Source of the DNA: Breznakia blatticola
GTDB taxonomy: Bacteria; Bacillota_I; Bacilli_A; Erysipelotrichales; Erysipelotrichaceae
Reading direction: 5' to 3'
DNA: 32,000 bases
Assembly: GCF_004365815.1 (NCBI RefSeq)
Contig: NZ_SODD01000011.1
Coordinates: forward strand, 1 to 32,000
The translations under genes were made by a program, and so were the position numbers. Under the pieces are notes generated by a model. The model searched no databases, was not told the DNA's origin, and saw nothing but the letters and a program-made list of their open reading frames with translations. Of this stretch, positions 1 through 7,553 are shown in pieces (position 1 is the first letter of the stretch; each line of letters begins with the position of its first letter).

Positions 1-72
1 TTATGGTAACGATTCTTAATATTATTTTTACAATTTTTATTATGAATCTAAATCCACGTTTAGACAACTTAG

Positions 73-519
73 GGGGTCACTTCATATTATCTTAATATAA
101 ATTATCGTCCTGAACGCAATATAAACAGAAGCATTGTAGAACAACTACAAACGAATGATTATATTCGAAAACATCATAATGTCATTATACATGGTGCATG
201 TGATACTGGTAAATCGTTTATCGTAAATGCATTAGGTAACCATGCTTGTGATAACTCGCATTCCACATTCTATTGTAGGATATTTGAATTCATTGATGAC
301 TTTTTAATTAACGAATTAATAGATAAGGAAGTGAATTACTTATTTCAACTTCTTTAATATTGATATGGAACCAAGTCAACTATTGTATGCTCGTAACTTG
401 AACATAAAGAATGGCATTCACAACTTGGTGGAAACATATTGACAGATTCTATTCTTGGCAGAATTTCTCCAAACGCCTACGAAATCATACTTGATGAAAA
501 ATCCATAAGAAGTGTCTAA
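73..519 (+). pseudogene. IS21-family IstB-like ATPase (transposition helper), decayed
   Basis: One frame from 73 to the TAA at 517-519 reads ...NINRSIVEQLQTNDYIRKHHNVIIHGACDTGKSFIVNALG... (Walker A GxxxxGKS), then ...LINELIDKEVNYLFQLL*Y*YGTKSTIVCS*LEHKEWHSQLGGNILTDSILGRISPNAYEIILDEKSIRSV*. This matches the IstB/DnaC-like layout (Walker B-like xxDExx, RYexxSxIxTSN, eW, AilDRl...i.l.g.S.R). There is no start codon. In-frame stops lie at 355, 361 and 394. The Walker A to Walker B spacing looks about 20 aa short. Confidence 0.7.
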
Positions 520-520
520 A

Positions 521-558
521 AAAACAGTTATCATCATAAGGTAGTAACTGTTTTCAAT
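521..558 (+). terminator. hairpin after the IstB remnant (possible intrinsic terminator)
   Basis: AAAACAGTTA (521-530) pairs with TAACTGTTTT (545-554). The loop is 14 nt and the T-run is part of the stem and tail. Confidence 0.4.
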
Positions 559-716
559 TACTATAATTGGCTCAAACTATCGCGACGTGTCTGGCACAAA
601 ACGAGTGACGTATTCAATAACTGTAAAAATTCAAAGGTGTTGCACTAGAAGTTCAAACAAATAAGATAGGTACACTAAAGAATCCTGGCGTCAGTGCTAA
701 TTGTTTTACGCTTACA

Positions 717-1094
717 CTATACCATTTTCTCCAATGTTGGTTCTTGTGATGTAAGTAATTCTATAACAGTATCAATCATATCAGATATTATATAGTTTTC
801 TATTTCCTCCATAGGTCGCGTACCTGAAGATTGATGTTCGAAATATTTTTTGTATTTTGAGTTTTCAATCATTAAAATATTACTTTTCTTTTTTACATTT
901 CGTTCAAACTTTGAAAATCTATCAATATATCCATTTTCTGTTGCACACCGAATATCCCAGACCGAATCAAATTTTAGTTTATATTGATCTTTATTTGGTG
1001 TTGAAAATATTATTTCAAAATATTGATTAGATCCCGATATATTCTCAATAGTTTCAATGTCAACGACTATATTACAATTTACTAAAACTTCCAT
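717..1094 (-). CDS. hypothetical small cytoplasmic protein (possible orphan immunity-type protein)
   Basis: ORF-track 717..1103. I prefer ATG 1094 (MEVLVNCN...) because AAGGAGG lies 8 nt upstream. No signal peptide or TM segment. No family recognised. Confidence 0.6.
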   Translation of the reverse strand: MEVLVNCNIVVDIETIENISGSNQYFEIIFSTPNKDQYKLKFDSVWDIRCATENGYIDRFSKFERNVKKKSNILMIENSKYKKYFEHQSSGTRPMEEIENYIISDMIDTVIELLTSQEPTLEKMV

Positions 1095-1107
1095 AAGCAA
1101 CACCTCC

Positions 1108-1658
1108 TTAATAACGTATTTTTATACTATGTTCTGTCAATGGATTATAAATCTCTACTGATGGCACTCCATTCAATGTTGTTGAAGGTTGAAGATTTTT
1201 TGTGGTTCCATCTGGCAAGTCACCAAAAATAGTTCTATTTTCATAAGTTCTGACGTATGTGGAACTTTGAGATTAAAAGTCTTTTTTTGCTACATCAAGT
1301 TCTTTTACATCGGATGTATAATGATCTACCTTTCTAGTTTGATTAGTTATTTTTTATTAGATATATATGTCACTACCTGAACTCTTATCTGAATTCTTGT
1401 TTCTATCTTAATAACCAAATTGGTATCCTTCAGCAATATAAGATAACATACAAATACAACTCCATACGGACTTCCAAAACTAGTGGGACCAACACTCACT
1501 GACTCTACGATAGCTTATAAAGCTTTATTTAACGATTGTGGATCAGTTGCATAATTAACAGATGCAATACCTACAGCAAGTGGCTGTCTTTGATTCTTTT
1601 TTGCTATTGCCCTACTGACTGCGCTTACAGCAGAATTTTTTAGTTTGATTTTTATCAT
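1108..1658 (-). pseudogene. decayed coding remnants (unknown family) directly upstream of the 717-1094 ORF
   Basis: My own translation gives a frame from ATG 1658 to 1347 (103 codons) broken by one in-frame TAA. A start-less 54-codon frame runs 1272-1108 (..VRTYENRTIFGDLPDGTTKNLQPSTTLNGVPSVEIYNPLTEHSIKIRY*). Its stop touches the SD of the downstream ORF. No ORF of 60 aa or more survives here. Confidence 0.35.
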
Positions 1659-1761
1659 TCTATTCCTATCTCTATCCACACACGTATAAGAATTACTTAA
1701 GCATAGTTATCTATGTGATACTTTCTTTTACTTGTTTGAGTTTTAGATTTGCAAAACTTTG

Positions 1762-2190
1762 CTAATCACAGTTATATCCTCTTTTTTGTAGTTTGTTTAT
1801 ATACTCTTCTCTCTTAAGAAAACTAACACTAGGTGATATTATATTGATTGATTTTTCATTATATTCTATGATTTCACTAACTATTACTACATCATTTTCA
1901 ATAGTAATATTCACAGTTATATATGGAATATCTTTTAGAGCTTGCTCATAGTTTGCTTCAAGATCTTTCTTTAAACCGTGAATATCTTCGTCATTTCGAT
2001 TTAAATATTTCGTTATAACTTCCCTCTTAATAATCTCTTCATCTTTATAGTATACTTTTTCCTTTATTTCCTTATCTGCTGTGTTCATAGTACAAATTTG
2101 CTCTCCACTTGCTGAATCACAAGAAACTAGAAATATGAGAATTAGCAAATAAAATGTATATTTTTTTATATTGTCTGTTTTTTTGATCAT
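1762..2190 (-). CDS. small lipoprotein, YehR/DUF1307-like (tentative)
   Basis: Signal peptide plus lipobox (LIFLVS-C at ...FLVSCDS). SD is GGAG 5 nt upstream. The C-terminal motif EEYINKLQKRGYNC is shared with the 2582-3067 product. Size and layout fit DUF1307, recalled from memory. Confidence 0.75.
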   Translation of the reverse strand: MIKKTDNIKKYTFYLLILIFLVSCDSASGEQICTMNTADKEIKEKVYYKDEEIIKREVITKYLNRNDEDIHGLKKDLEANYEQALKDIPYITVNITIENDVVIVSEIIEYNEKSINIISPSVSFLKREEYINKLQKRGYNCD

Positions 2191-2581
2191 GCTTTCTCCA
2201 TTTTCCTTACCTTACAATTAGCTCTTTTATAAATCGCATAAATTCACAAAAGTCATCATGAACTGAACCTTGTATTTCCTTGTTTTTCTTCATTTTCTAA
2301 CAGTTCTTGTTAGTATTAAAATGTAATATTTGAATTCGAGTATGAATGAAATCTAAGTTGAAAAAGTCTCCATTAATATTATTGTTCGCAATTAAGCTTA
2401 TAACTGAACAAGGAATCTTTGTTGTAGATATATTCATCAACAATGCTTTTTTCCTGCGTCTATAGTGAAGTAACTTTCGTTAGCCAGAACTTTTTATCGG
2501 AGTTTTAAACTATAACTATTTGTATGAGATTTTTTAATCACTCAAATTGCATAATTTTCTTAGTATCATGAGATGTATTGA

Positions 2582-3067
2582 TTACTTATCACTTTCATTT
2601 GTTGATTCACATGTATATCCACCCTTTTTAAGAGCATTAATGAATTCATCTTCACATTCCAACGTATCTACGGATATGATCATCGAGATGTAACTTGTGT
2701 CTAATGGAATTACATTGTCAACTTTTTCAAAATCTACAGCAACACTTAATTCAAACGAATCATCAAACGGCATAAATTCAAATGTTTGACCTTCATTTTC
2801 TGTATGATTCTCAATATCATTTGTCATCTTGTATATAAACTCTTCTTTATCTTCTGCGTATGCACTATATGGTATTTTAAATTTTTGCTCAATATTTATC
2901 ATTTCATTATTTTGATATGTACTTACTACCGTAGTTGTTGAATCATCATTAATTTGTGTACATGTGTATTGTACTTTATCCATTGTTTTTGATTTTGTAC
3001 ATCCACACATTATACAAATACAACAACATAAATATATTATTTTTTTCACTGTATCTATTTTCTTCAT
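2582..3067 (-). CDS. small lipoprotein, YehR/DUF1307-like (tentative), paralog of 1762-2190
   Basis: Signal peptide plus lipobox (IMCG-C). SD AAAGGAA lies upstream. C-terminal motif is DEFINALKKGGYTC. Confidence 0.75.
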   Translation of the reverse strand: MKKIDTVKKIIYLCCCICIMCGCTKSKTMDKVQYTCTQINDDSTTTVVSTYQNNEMINIEQKFKIPYSAYAEDKEEFIYKMTNDIENHTENEGQTFEFMPFDDSFELSVAVDFEKVDNVIPLDTSYISMIISVDTLECEDEFINALKKGGYTCESTNESDK

Positions 3068-3121
3068 ATTACGGTTCCTTTTTTCACACTAAACATCTAC
3101 TTTTTTCTATTTAATCTATTC

Positions 3122-3172
3122 CACAAAAAAAGTGCAGCACTAAAAAACACTTACGGTTTCTTAACTCCTGCA
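3122..3172 (-). terminator. possible terminator after aroD
   Basis: On the minus strand, GTGCAG...CTGCAC (with an alternative AAGTG...CACTT stem) is followed by TTTTTTTG. The stem is weak and the loop long. Confidence 0.3.
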
Positions 3173-3217
3173 CACATCAATATATTTATTTTAGCATAAT
3201 GTGACAAAAATGCTATT

Positions 3218-3982
3218 TTATTTCATTCGTTTGATTAAATCTTCTATTTCTACTTGCCCTGGTGCACTCACTGTACCAAGTGCTGCATACGTTAAACATG
3301 AACCTAGTTCGGTAGCATGTACACGTGTGAACTCACCGAGTTCTCCCATCGAAATCGCCACAAATAGTTCACCATTTTCTTTTAATGTTTTAGCAGCTTC
3401 AACCGTTGCATCGACATCCTTTTGACTTCTTGGCATATTTGCGATTTTTGCAATATCTGCACCCAGTGTATACATATGTTGCATACGTTTAATGATAACA
3501 TCTTTTGTTGGGGTTGAATCAAAATCATGGTAAGACAAAATAACTGCAATTCCTGCTTGTTTTGCCTTTTGGACTAATGGTTGACCAACTGCTGGATCCA
3601 CATTCATTTCAATATCAATAATATCAACTAACTTTCCTAAGATAATCGTATTATACAGCAAACTGTAATCGCGACTTTCAATTGCACGCACACCACCTTG
3701 GTTTGCGTTACGGAATGTGAAAATTAATGGTTTATCTTTACGAATTTCGTTGATTTCACGTAATAATGGAAGTAGTTTTTTCTCATCTAGAACGTCGTCA
3801 TAGTGATCGACACGCCATTCCATTATATCTGCTTTTGAAGCAACAATTGCTTCTACTTTTTTTAGTATTTCTGTATCTGTTGTTTCAACAATGGGTACAC
3901 AAATCTTTGCTTTGCCACGACCAAGTGTTGTTTGTTTTATTTGTAGTTCTTTCATCTCTCGTTCCTTTATATTCGAATTCAT
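3218..3982 (-). CDS. aroD: 3-dehydroquinate dehydratase, type I
   Basis: ICVPI..., EWRVDHY, SYHDF..TP and the catalytic-Lys context GADIAKIANMP are present. The start may instead be ATG 3955 (MKELQIK). Confidence 0.9.
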   Translation of the reverse strand: MNSNIKEREMKELQIKQTTLGRGKAKICVPIVETTDTEILKKVEAIVASKADIMEWRVDHYDDVLDEKKLLPLLREINEIRKDKPLIFTFRNANQGGVRAIESRDYSLLYNTIILGKLVDIIDIEMNVDPAVGQPLVQKAKQAGIAVILSYHDFDSTPTKDVIIKRMQHMYTLGADIAKIANMPRSQKDVDATVEAAKTLKENGELFVAISMGELGEFTRVHATELGSCLTYAALGTVSAPGQVEIEDLIKRMK

Positions 3983-4025
3983 TATACACTATAACAAATC
4001 CCCAGAGTTTCTTCAATGTAAGTAC

Positions 4026-4850
4026 TTAATCCTTTTCGATTGTAGTACCCCAACCATCAAATTCACCATCGTGATCTTTAGCTAATGTAATAAGTGCATT
4101 GGTTGTTTGCATAATGTAGTCCATTTGCGGAATATCCACAACTGATACAAATACTTGAATTCCTTTGCGCTCTACCTCACAAATATCCAACTCATGAATA
4201 TCAGTAAATACATCATCAAGTGAACTAGCAAAGGCTTTTGCTTGTTCATTGGTTTCAAAATACGTGTAGAAATCAATCTCACGTGCTTTACAAAATAGTT
4301 CTCCTTGATTTCGTAAATCATTGATAATTGTATCGTTTTTAATCCAGTTAAATCCATACGCATCTGGATATAGTTTTGTTTGGTAAAACTTTCCATGATC
4401 ATGAAGTCGTGTCACAATCTTTGACTGTAAGTCTTTATGATTTCGTAACAGTTGGTTACACATCGATTCCCAACGAATGATATGTTTACTCATAAAGACA
4501 AAATCACGATTTCCATCTTGTGTTCGTGTTCCCACGAAATAGAATCCTTTACGACCCCACTGTTTTTCGATTTGATCTTCCACTAGATATAGTTTTTCTA
4601 ACTCTTCTTTAGTTGGAAATCCTAAATCGTTTTGTTGGTCGTAATGAATGGTTAAAATATAAGTATGTTCTAAATCTCTAAATAAATATTTAAATGCTCC
4701 ATAATCAAAACGTACGGACGTATTCCCTTTAAAATACACACGCCAGTCTTCACTTAATTTGTTCACACTGTGTTTCTGTTTAGGTTTTAGTACCTTAGGT
4801 GCTTTAATATTTGGTTTTTTAATTTTTGGTTTCATTACATTAAGTTTCAT
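4026..4850 (-). CDS. DUF695 / RraB-like (regulator of ribonuclease activity B) two-domain protein with Lys/Pro-rich N-terminal tail
   Basis: I prefer ATG 4850 (MKLNVMKPKIKKPNIKAPKVLKPKQK...) because GAGGA lies 5 nt upstream. The middle region (FYFVGTRTQDGNRDFVFMSK) resembles DUF695. The C-terminal region (REIDFYTYFETNEQAKAFASSL...) resembles the RraB fold. The start is 10 nt after the ispE stop. Confidence 0.7.
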   Translation of the reverse strand: MKLNVMKPKIKKPNIKAPKVLKPKQKHSVNKLSEDWRVYFKGNTSVRFDYGAFKYLFRDLEHTYILTIHYDQQNDLGFPTKEELEKLYLVEDQIEKQWGRKGFYFVGTRTQDGNRDFVFMSKHIIRWESMCNQLLRNHKDLQSKIVTRLHDHGKFYQTKLYPDAYGFNWIKNDTIINDLRNQGELFCKAREIDFYTYFETNEQAKAFASSLDDVFTDIHELDICEVERKGIQVFVSVVDIPQMDYIMQTTNALITLAKDHDGEFDGWGTTIEKD

Positions 4851-4860
4851 AGTATCCTCG

Positions 4861-5694
4861 TTATTTATGCAATTCAATCAATTGTACAAAATCATACGTA
4901 TTTTCTAATTCTTGTTTCGCTTTTGCAAGTGCTTCTTTATCTTTGCTTAATGCAAAAACGGAACTACCACTACCTGACATCAAGACCACTGGAAAGTCAT
5001 ATCCTTCTAGTGCTTGCTTAACTTGTTTAATGTCGGAATTTAATGATAGTGAAGGTTGTTCAAGGGTATTATCTAGCAGTGCAAGATAAGTATCATCTTG
5101 CATTTTCATCTTCTTAACAATCGCATCGATATTTGGATGAACTGCTTTTGCAAAATCAATTCCAGCAAATGCATCTTTTGTTGAAACACCACTAGCTGGT
5201 TTGACTAAGATTCCAGATATATCTAATGTTGCATCAATCGGTGTGATGACTTCTCCAATTCCTTGCACGCGTGCAAGTGTATTAGCAATGCAAAATGGCA
5301 CATCTGCACCTACTTTAACACCTAAAGCAAACAAGGCTTCCTCTGTTAGTTGTAAGTCACACAGTTTATTGATAGCAATGATTACTGCAGCTCCATCTGC
5401 ACTTCCTCCTGCAAGTCCTGCTTGCATTGGAATACGTTTTTCTACATGTATATGGAAATGACCAATTGATGGATATGCTTTACGCATAACATGTAGTGCT
5501 TTTACGACGGTATTACTTTCATCAAAAATCATATCTATATTTGATGAAAATGCATCATCTTTAGCAGTTTCAATATGCAAAGTATCATGTAAATCAATAG
5601 GTGTCATAATCATATCCATTTCATGATAGCCATCATCTCTTTTTCTAATCACATTTAATGCAATATTGATTTTCGCATTGGCTTTAATGATCAT
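4861..5694 (-). CDS. ispE: 4-diphosphocytidyl-2-C-methyl-D-erythritol kinase
   Basis: N-terminus is KINIALNV..R.DGYH. GHMP motif is PMQAGLAGGSADGAA. The start at ATG 5694 (MIIKANAK) overlaps the rsmA stop by 11 nt. Confidence 0.9.
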   Translation of the reverse strand: MIIKANAKINIALNVIRKRDDGYHEMDMIMTPIDLHDTLHIETAKDDAFSSNIDMIFDESNTVVKALHVMRKAYPSIGHFHIHVEKRIPMQAGLAGGSADGAAVIIAINKLCDLQLTEEALFALGVKVGADVPFCIANTLARVQGIGEVITPIDATLDISGILVKPASGVSTKDAFAGIDFAKAVHPNIDAIVKKMKMQDDTYLALLDNTLEQPSLSLNSDIKQVKQALEGYDFPVVLMSGSGSSVFALSKDKEALAKAKQELENTYDFVQLIELHK

Positions 5695-6526
5695 GTAGCA
5701 CCTCATATAGTCTAGCAAACTCTGTAGCTTCCATACTTTCTGCACGACGTTTGCTATCAAGGTTTGCTGCTTCTAATGCAACTTTGGCTTTTTCTTTATC
5801 TTGAAGGTATTCACCTAAGTTATTTAAAATCGTTTTTCTTCGTTGTTTAAAACAGGCTTTAACTAACTCAAAGAATGCTTCTTCATTATCAACCAATTTG
5901 CTTGGGCGATACGTAAACTGTACAACTGCACTATCCACATTTGGTTTAGGATTAAACACATGTTTGCTGATTTTTAAAATCGTTTGGACATCATAGTTAT
6001 ATTGACTCACAATACTTAGTGCATTGTAATCTTTTGTATTTACTTTTGCCGAAAAGCGATCAGCTACTTCTTTTTGCATCATAACCGTTATCTTTTTAAT
6101 TTTGATGTCACTTTCAAATAGCTTAAAAAGAATTGGCGTTGTAATGTAGTATGGTAAATTTGCTGCTACGACTACTTCACTTTCATCTGCAAGAATTTTA
6201 GCTAAATCAGCTTGTAGAAAATCTTGGTGGATAATTTCTACATTGTTATATGGAGCTAAAGTATCGTCCAGTACAGGAAGTAAACGATCATCAATTTCAA
6301 AAGCAATGACTTTTTTTGCATGTATCGCTAAAAACTGCGTTAATGCACCAATTCCTGGCCCAATTTCTAATGCAGTTGAATTTTCTGATAACAAAGACTC
6401 GACTGCTATTTTCTCCACGATTTGTGGTTCAACTAAAAAGTTTTGTCCATAATTCTTTTTTGCATACATTTGATGCTTTTCTAATATTTCCTTTGTATAG
6501 GAAGGTGTCGCAATAATTCTATCCAT
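5684..6526 (-). CDS. rsmA: 16S rRNA (adenine1518/1519-N6)-dimethyltransferase
   Basis: YGQNFL and the SAM motif LEIGPGIGALT are present, and NLPY supports the call. It overlaps the rnmV stop by 8 nt. Confidence 0.93.
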   Translation of the reverse strand: MDRIIATPSYTKEILEKHQMYAKKNYGQNFLVEPQIVEKIAVESLLSENSTALEIGPGIGALTQFLAIHAKKVIAFEIDDRLLPVLDDTLAPYNNVEIIHQDFLQADLAKILADESEVVVAANLPYYITTPILFKLFESDIKIKKITVMMQKEVADRFSAKVNTKDYNALSIVSQYNYDVQTILKISKHVFNPKPNVDSAVVQFTYRPSKLVDNEEAFFELVKACFKQRRKTILNNLGEYLQDKEKAKVALEAANLDSKRRAESMEATEFARLYEVLHDH

Positions 6527-7061
6527 GTGTATCCTCTATGATTTCTGCTACTTGTGTATAGGTTAAACCCACCATATTGATGCGTTTATATAATGTTTTA
6601 GCATTGCATTTTCCTAAATGAAAGGCATTTGCAATTGTTTGTCGTCTAGCTGCACTATCACTTTGCCCTTGTAAGCCTAGTGATAAAAACTGCTCCATTG
6701 AAAGTGTGGTTGTATCTGTTTGTGTAAAACTTACTACATGTTCTAATGCATCAAGTAAATCTTTTTCATTTGCATGTTCAATTCCAACTTTTTTTGATGT
6801 TCTACTCTTACTTTTTTCAATAAAGGCATTTTTTAGGTTTGGAATTTGCTCATTAATCACTCTACGTATTCTTTCTCCAACATGATCTGGATCAAGAAAC
6901 AAAATGACGCCACGCGTTGTATTTGCTTGTTGGATTTGTCGGATTGTTTGTTTGGAAAGATTGTAGCCATTGGTTTCAATGGTATCTACATCAAAGTATT
7001 GTTTTAACTTTGCTGTATCATGTTTTCCTTCAACCACAATGATTTCTTTGATTTTTAACAT
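6519..7061 (-). CDS. rnmV: ribonuclease M5 (Toprim, 5S rRNA maturase)
   Basis: IIVVEGKHD and FLDPDHVGERIR (Toprim E and DxD) are present. The gene order rnmV-ksgA matches Bacillus. Confidence 0.9.
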   Translation of the reverse strand: MLKIKEIIVVEGKHDTAKLKQYFDVDTIETNGYNLSKQTIRQIQQANTTRGVILFLDPDHVGERIRRVINEQIPNLKNAFIEKSKSRTSKKVGIEHANEKDLLDALEHVVSFTQTDTTTLSMEQFLSLGLQGQSDSAARRQTIANAFHLGKCNAKTLYKRINMVGLTYTQVAEIIEDTHG

Positions 7062-7076
7062 ACCATGATTATAGCA
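7062..7076 (-). promoter_or_regulatory. extended -10 promoter (TGcTATAAT) 6 nt before the rnmV ATG; candidate leaderless transcript
   Basis: The minus strand reads TGCTATAAT-catggt-ATG. No SD is present. Confidence 0.4.
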
Positions 7077-7078
7077 TA

Positions 7079-7117
7079 GAAAAAAAGGAAGAATTATGTG
7101 TTTAGCACTCTTCCTTT
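7079..7117 (-). terminator. intrinsic terminator of the regulator/kinase/lipoprotein operon
   Basis: A 9-bp stem pairs AAAGGAAGA (7084-7092) with TCTTCCTTT (7109-7117). A T-run follows on the minus strand. The stem overlaps the lipoprotein stop codon. Confidence 0.7.
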
Positions 7118-7538
7118 AGCTTGTTGTGACAGATTCTAAAAATTGTAGTAATTCTGGTGCAATATCATCAATAAAATAGTAATATTCATCGATTTTGGCA
7201 TGATTTGCTTCCTTCCAAACATCGATAGTTTTTATAATATGACTACCTTTGTACACCTTGATGTGATAATCACTATTTGACAGCGTTAAACGATACCCTT
7301 CTGGATTTGTTTCTTCATGAAATTGATCACTATCATACGGACATGTATCAAGTAACTCCAGTAACGTATTTGTTTGTTCTTCGTTGAGTGTATATTTTTG
7401 TCCATTATATGCAACTTCAACAACAGCTTCGATTTTTGATTTCGTCGCTGTCGTTGTTTTCTTATTGGTTTCAGTATTGTTGCCTGCACATCCAAAGAGC
7501 ATCAATGTGACTATACACATGACTATCACACGTTTCAT
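7116..7538 (-). CDS. lipoprotein of unknown function, co-transcribed with the histidine kinase
   Basis: Signal peptide plus lipobox (LMLFG-C). SD GGAGGG is present. The gene starts 15 nt after the kinase stop. Confidence 0.75.
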   Translation of the reverse strand: MKRVIVMCIVTLMLFGCAGNNTETNKKTTTATKSKIEAVVEVAYNGQKYTLNEEQTNTLLELLDTCPYDSDQFHEETNPEGYRLTLSNSDYHIKVYKGSHIIKTIDVWKEANHAKIDEYYYFIDDIAPELLQFLESVTTS

Positions 7539-7553
7539 TCTATCCCTCCAACA

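Noticed and set aside
73-519. In-frame TAA/TGA codons in the IstB frame as evidence for an alternative genetic code or programmed read-through
   Set aside because: All other genes in the window terminate and read normally with the standard code. Both TAA and TGA are affected. The gene also lacks a start and has an internal deletion, so ordinary pseudogenisation explains it.
1189-1380. 63-aa plus-strand ORF in the decayed region
   Set aside because: It has a non-ATG start, no SD and a hydrophobic low-complexity product. It lies opposite the remnants that align with the downstream ORF.
3201-4085. Several 64-87-aa plus-strand ORFs
   Set aside because: They are antisense to aroD and to the end of the DUF695/RraB gene. 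They have no SD and no recognisable motifs.
4172-4402. Nested same-strand, out-of-frame ORFs here and at 7286-7495, 20913-21140 and 25404-25610
   Set aside because: Each lies fully inside a longer ORF with clear family motifs. There is no independent start signal.
4800-4850. Repetitive DNA (ttttggttt-type) considered as a tandem repeat element
   Set aside because: It is simply the coding sequence of the Lys/Pro-rich N-terminal tail. There is no regular unit length.
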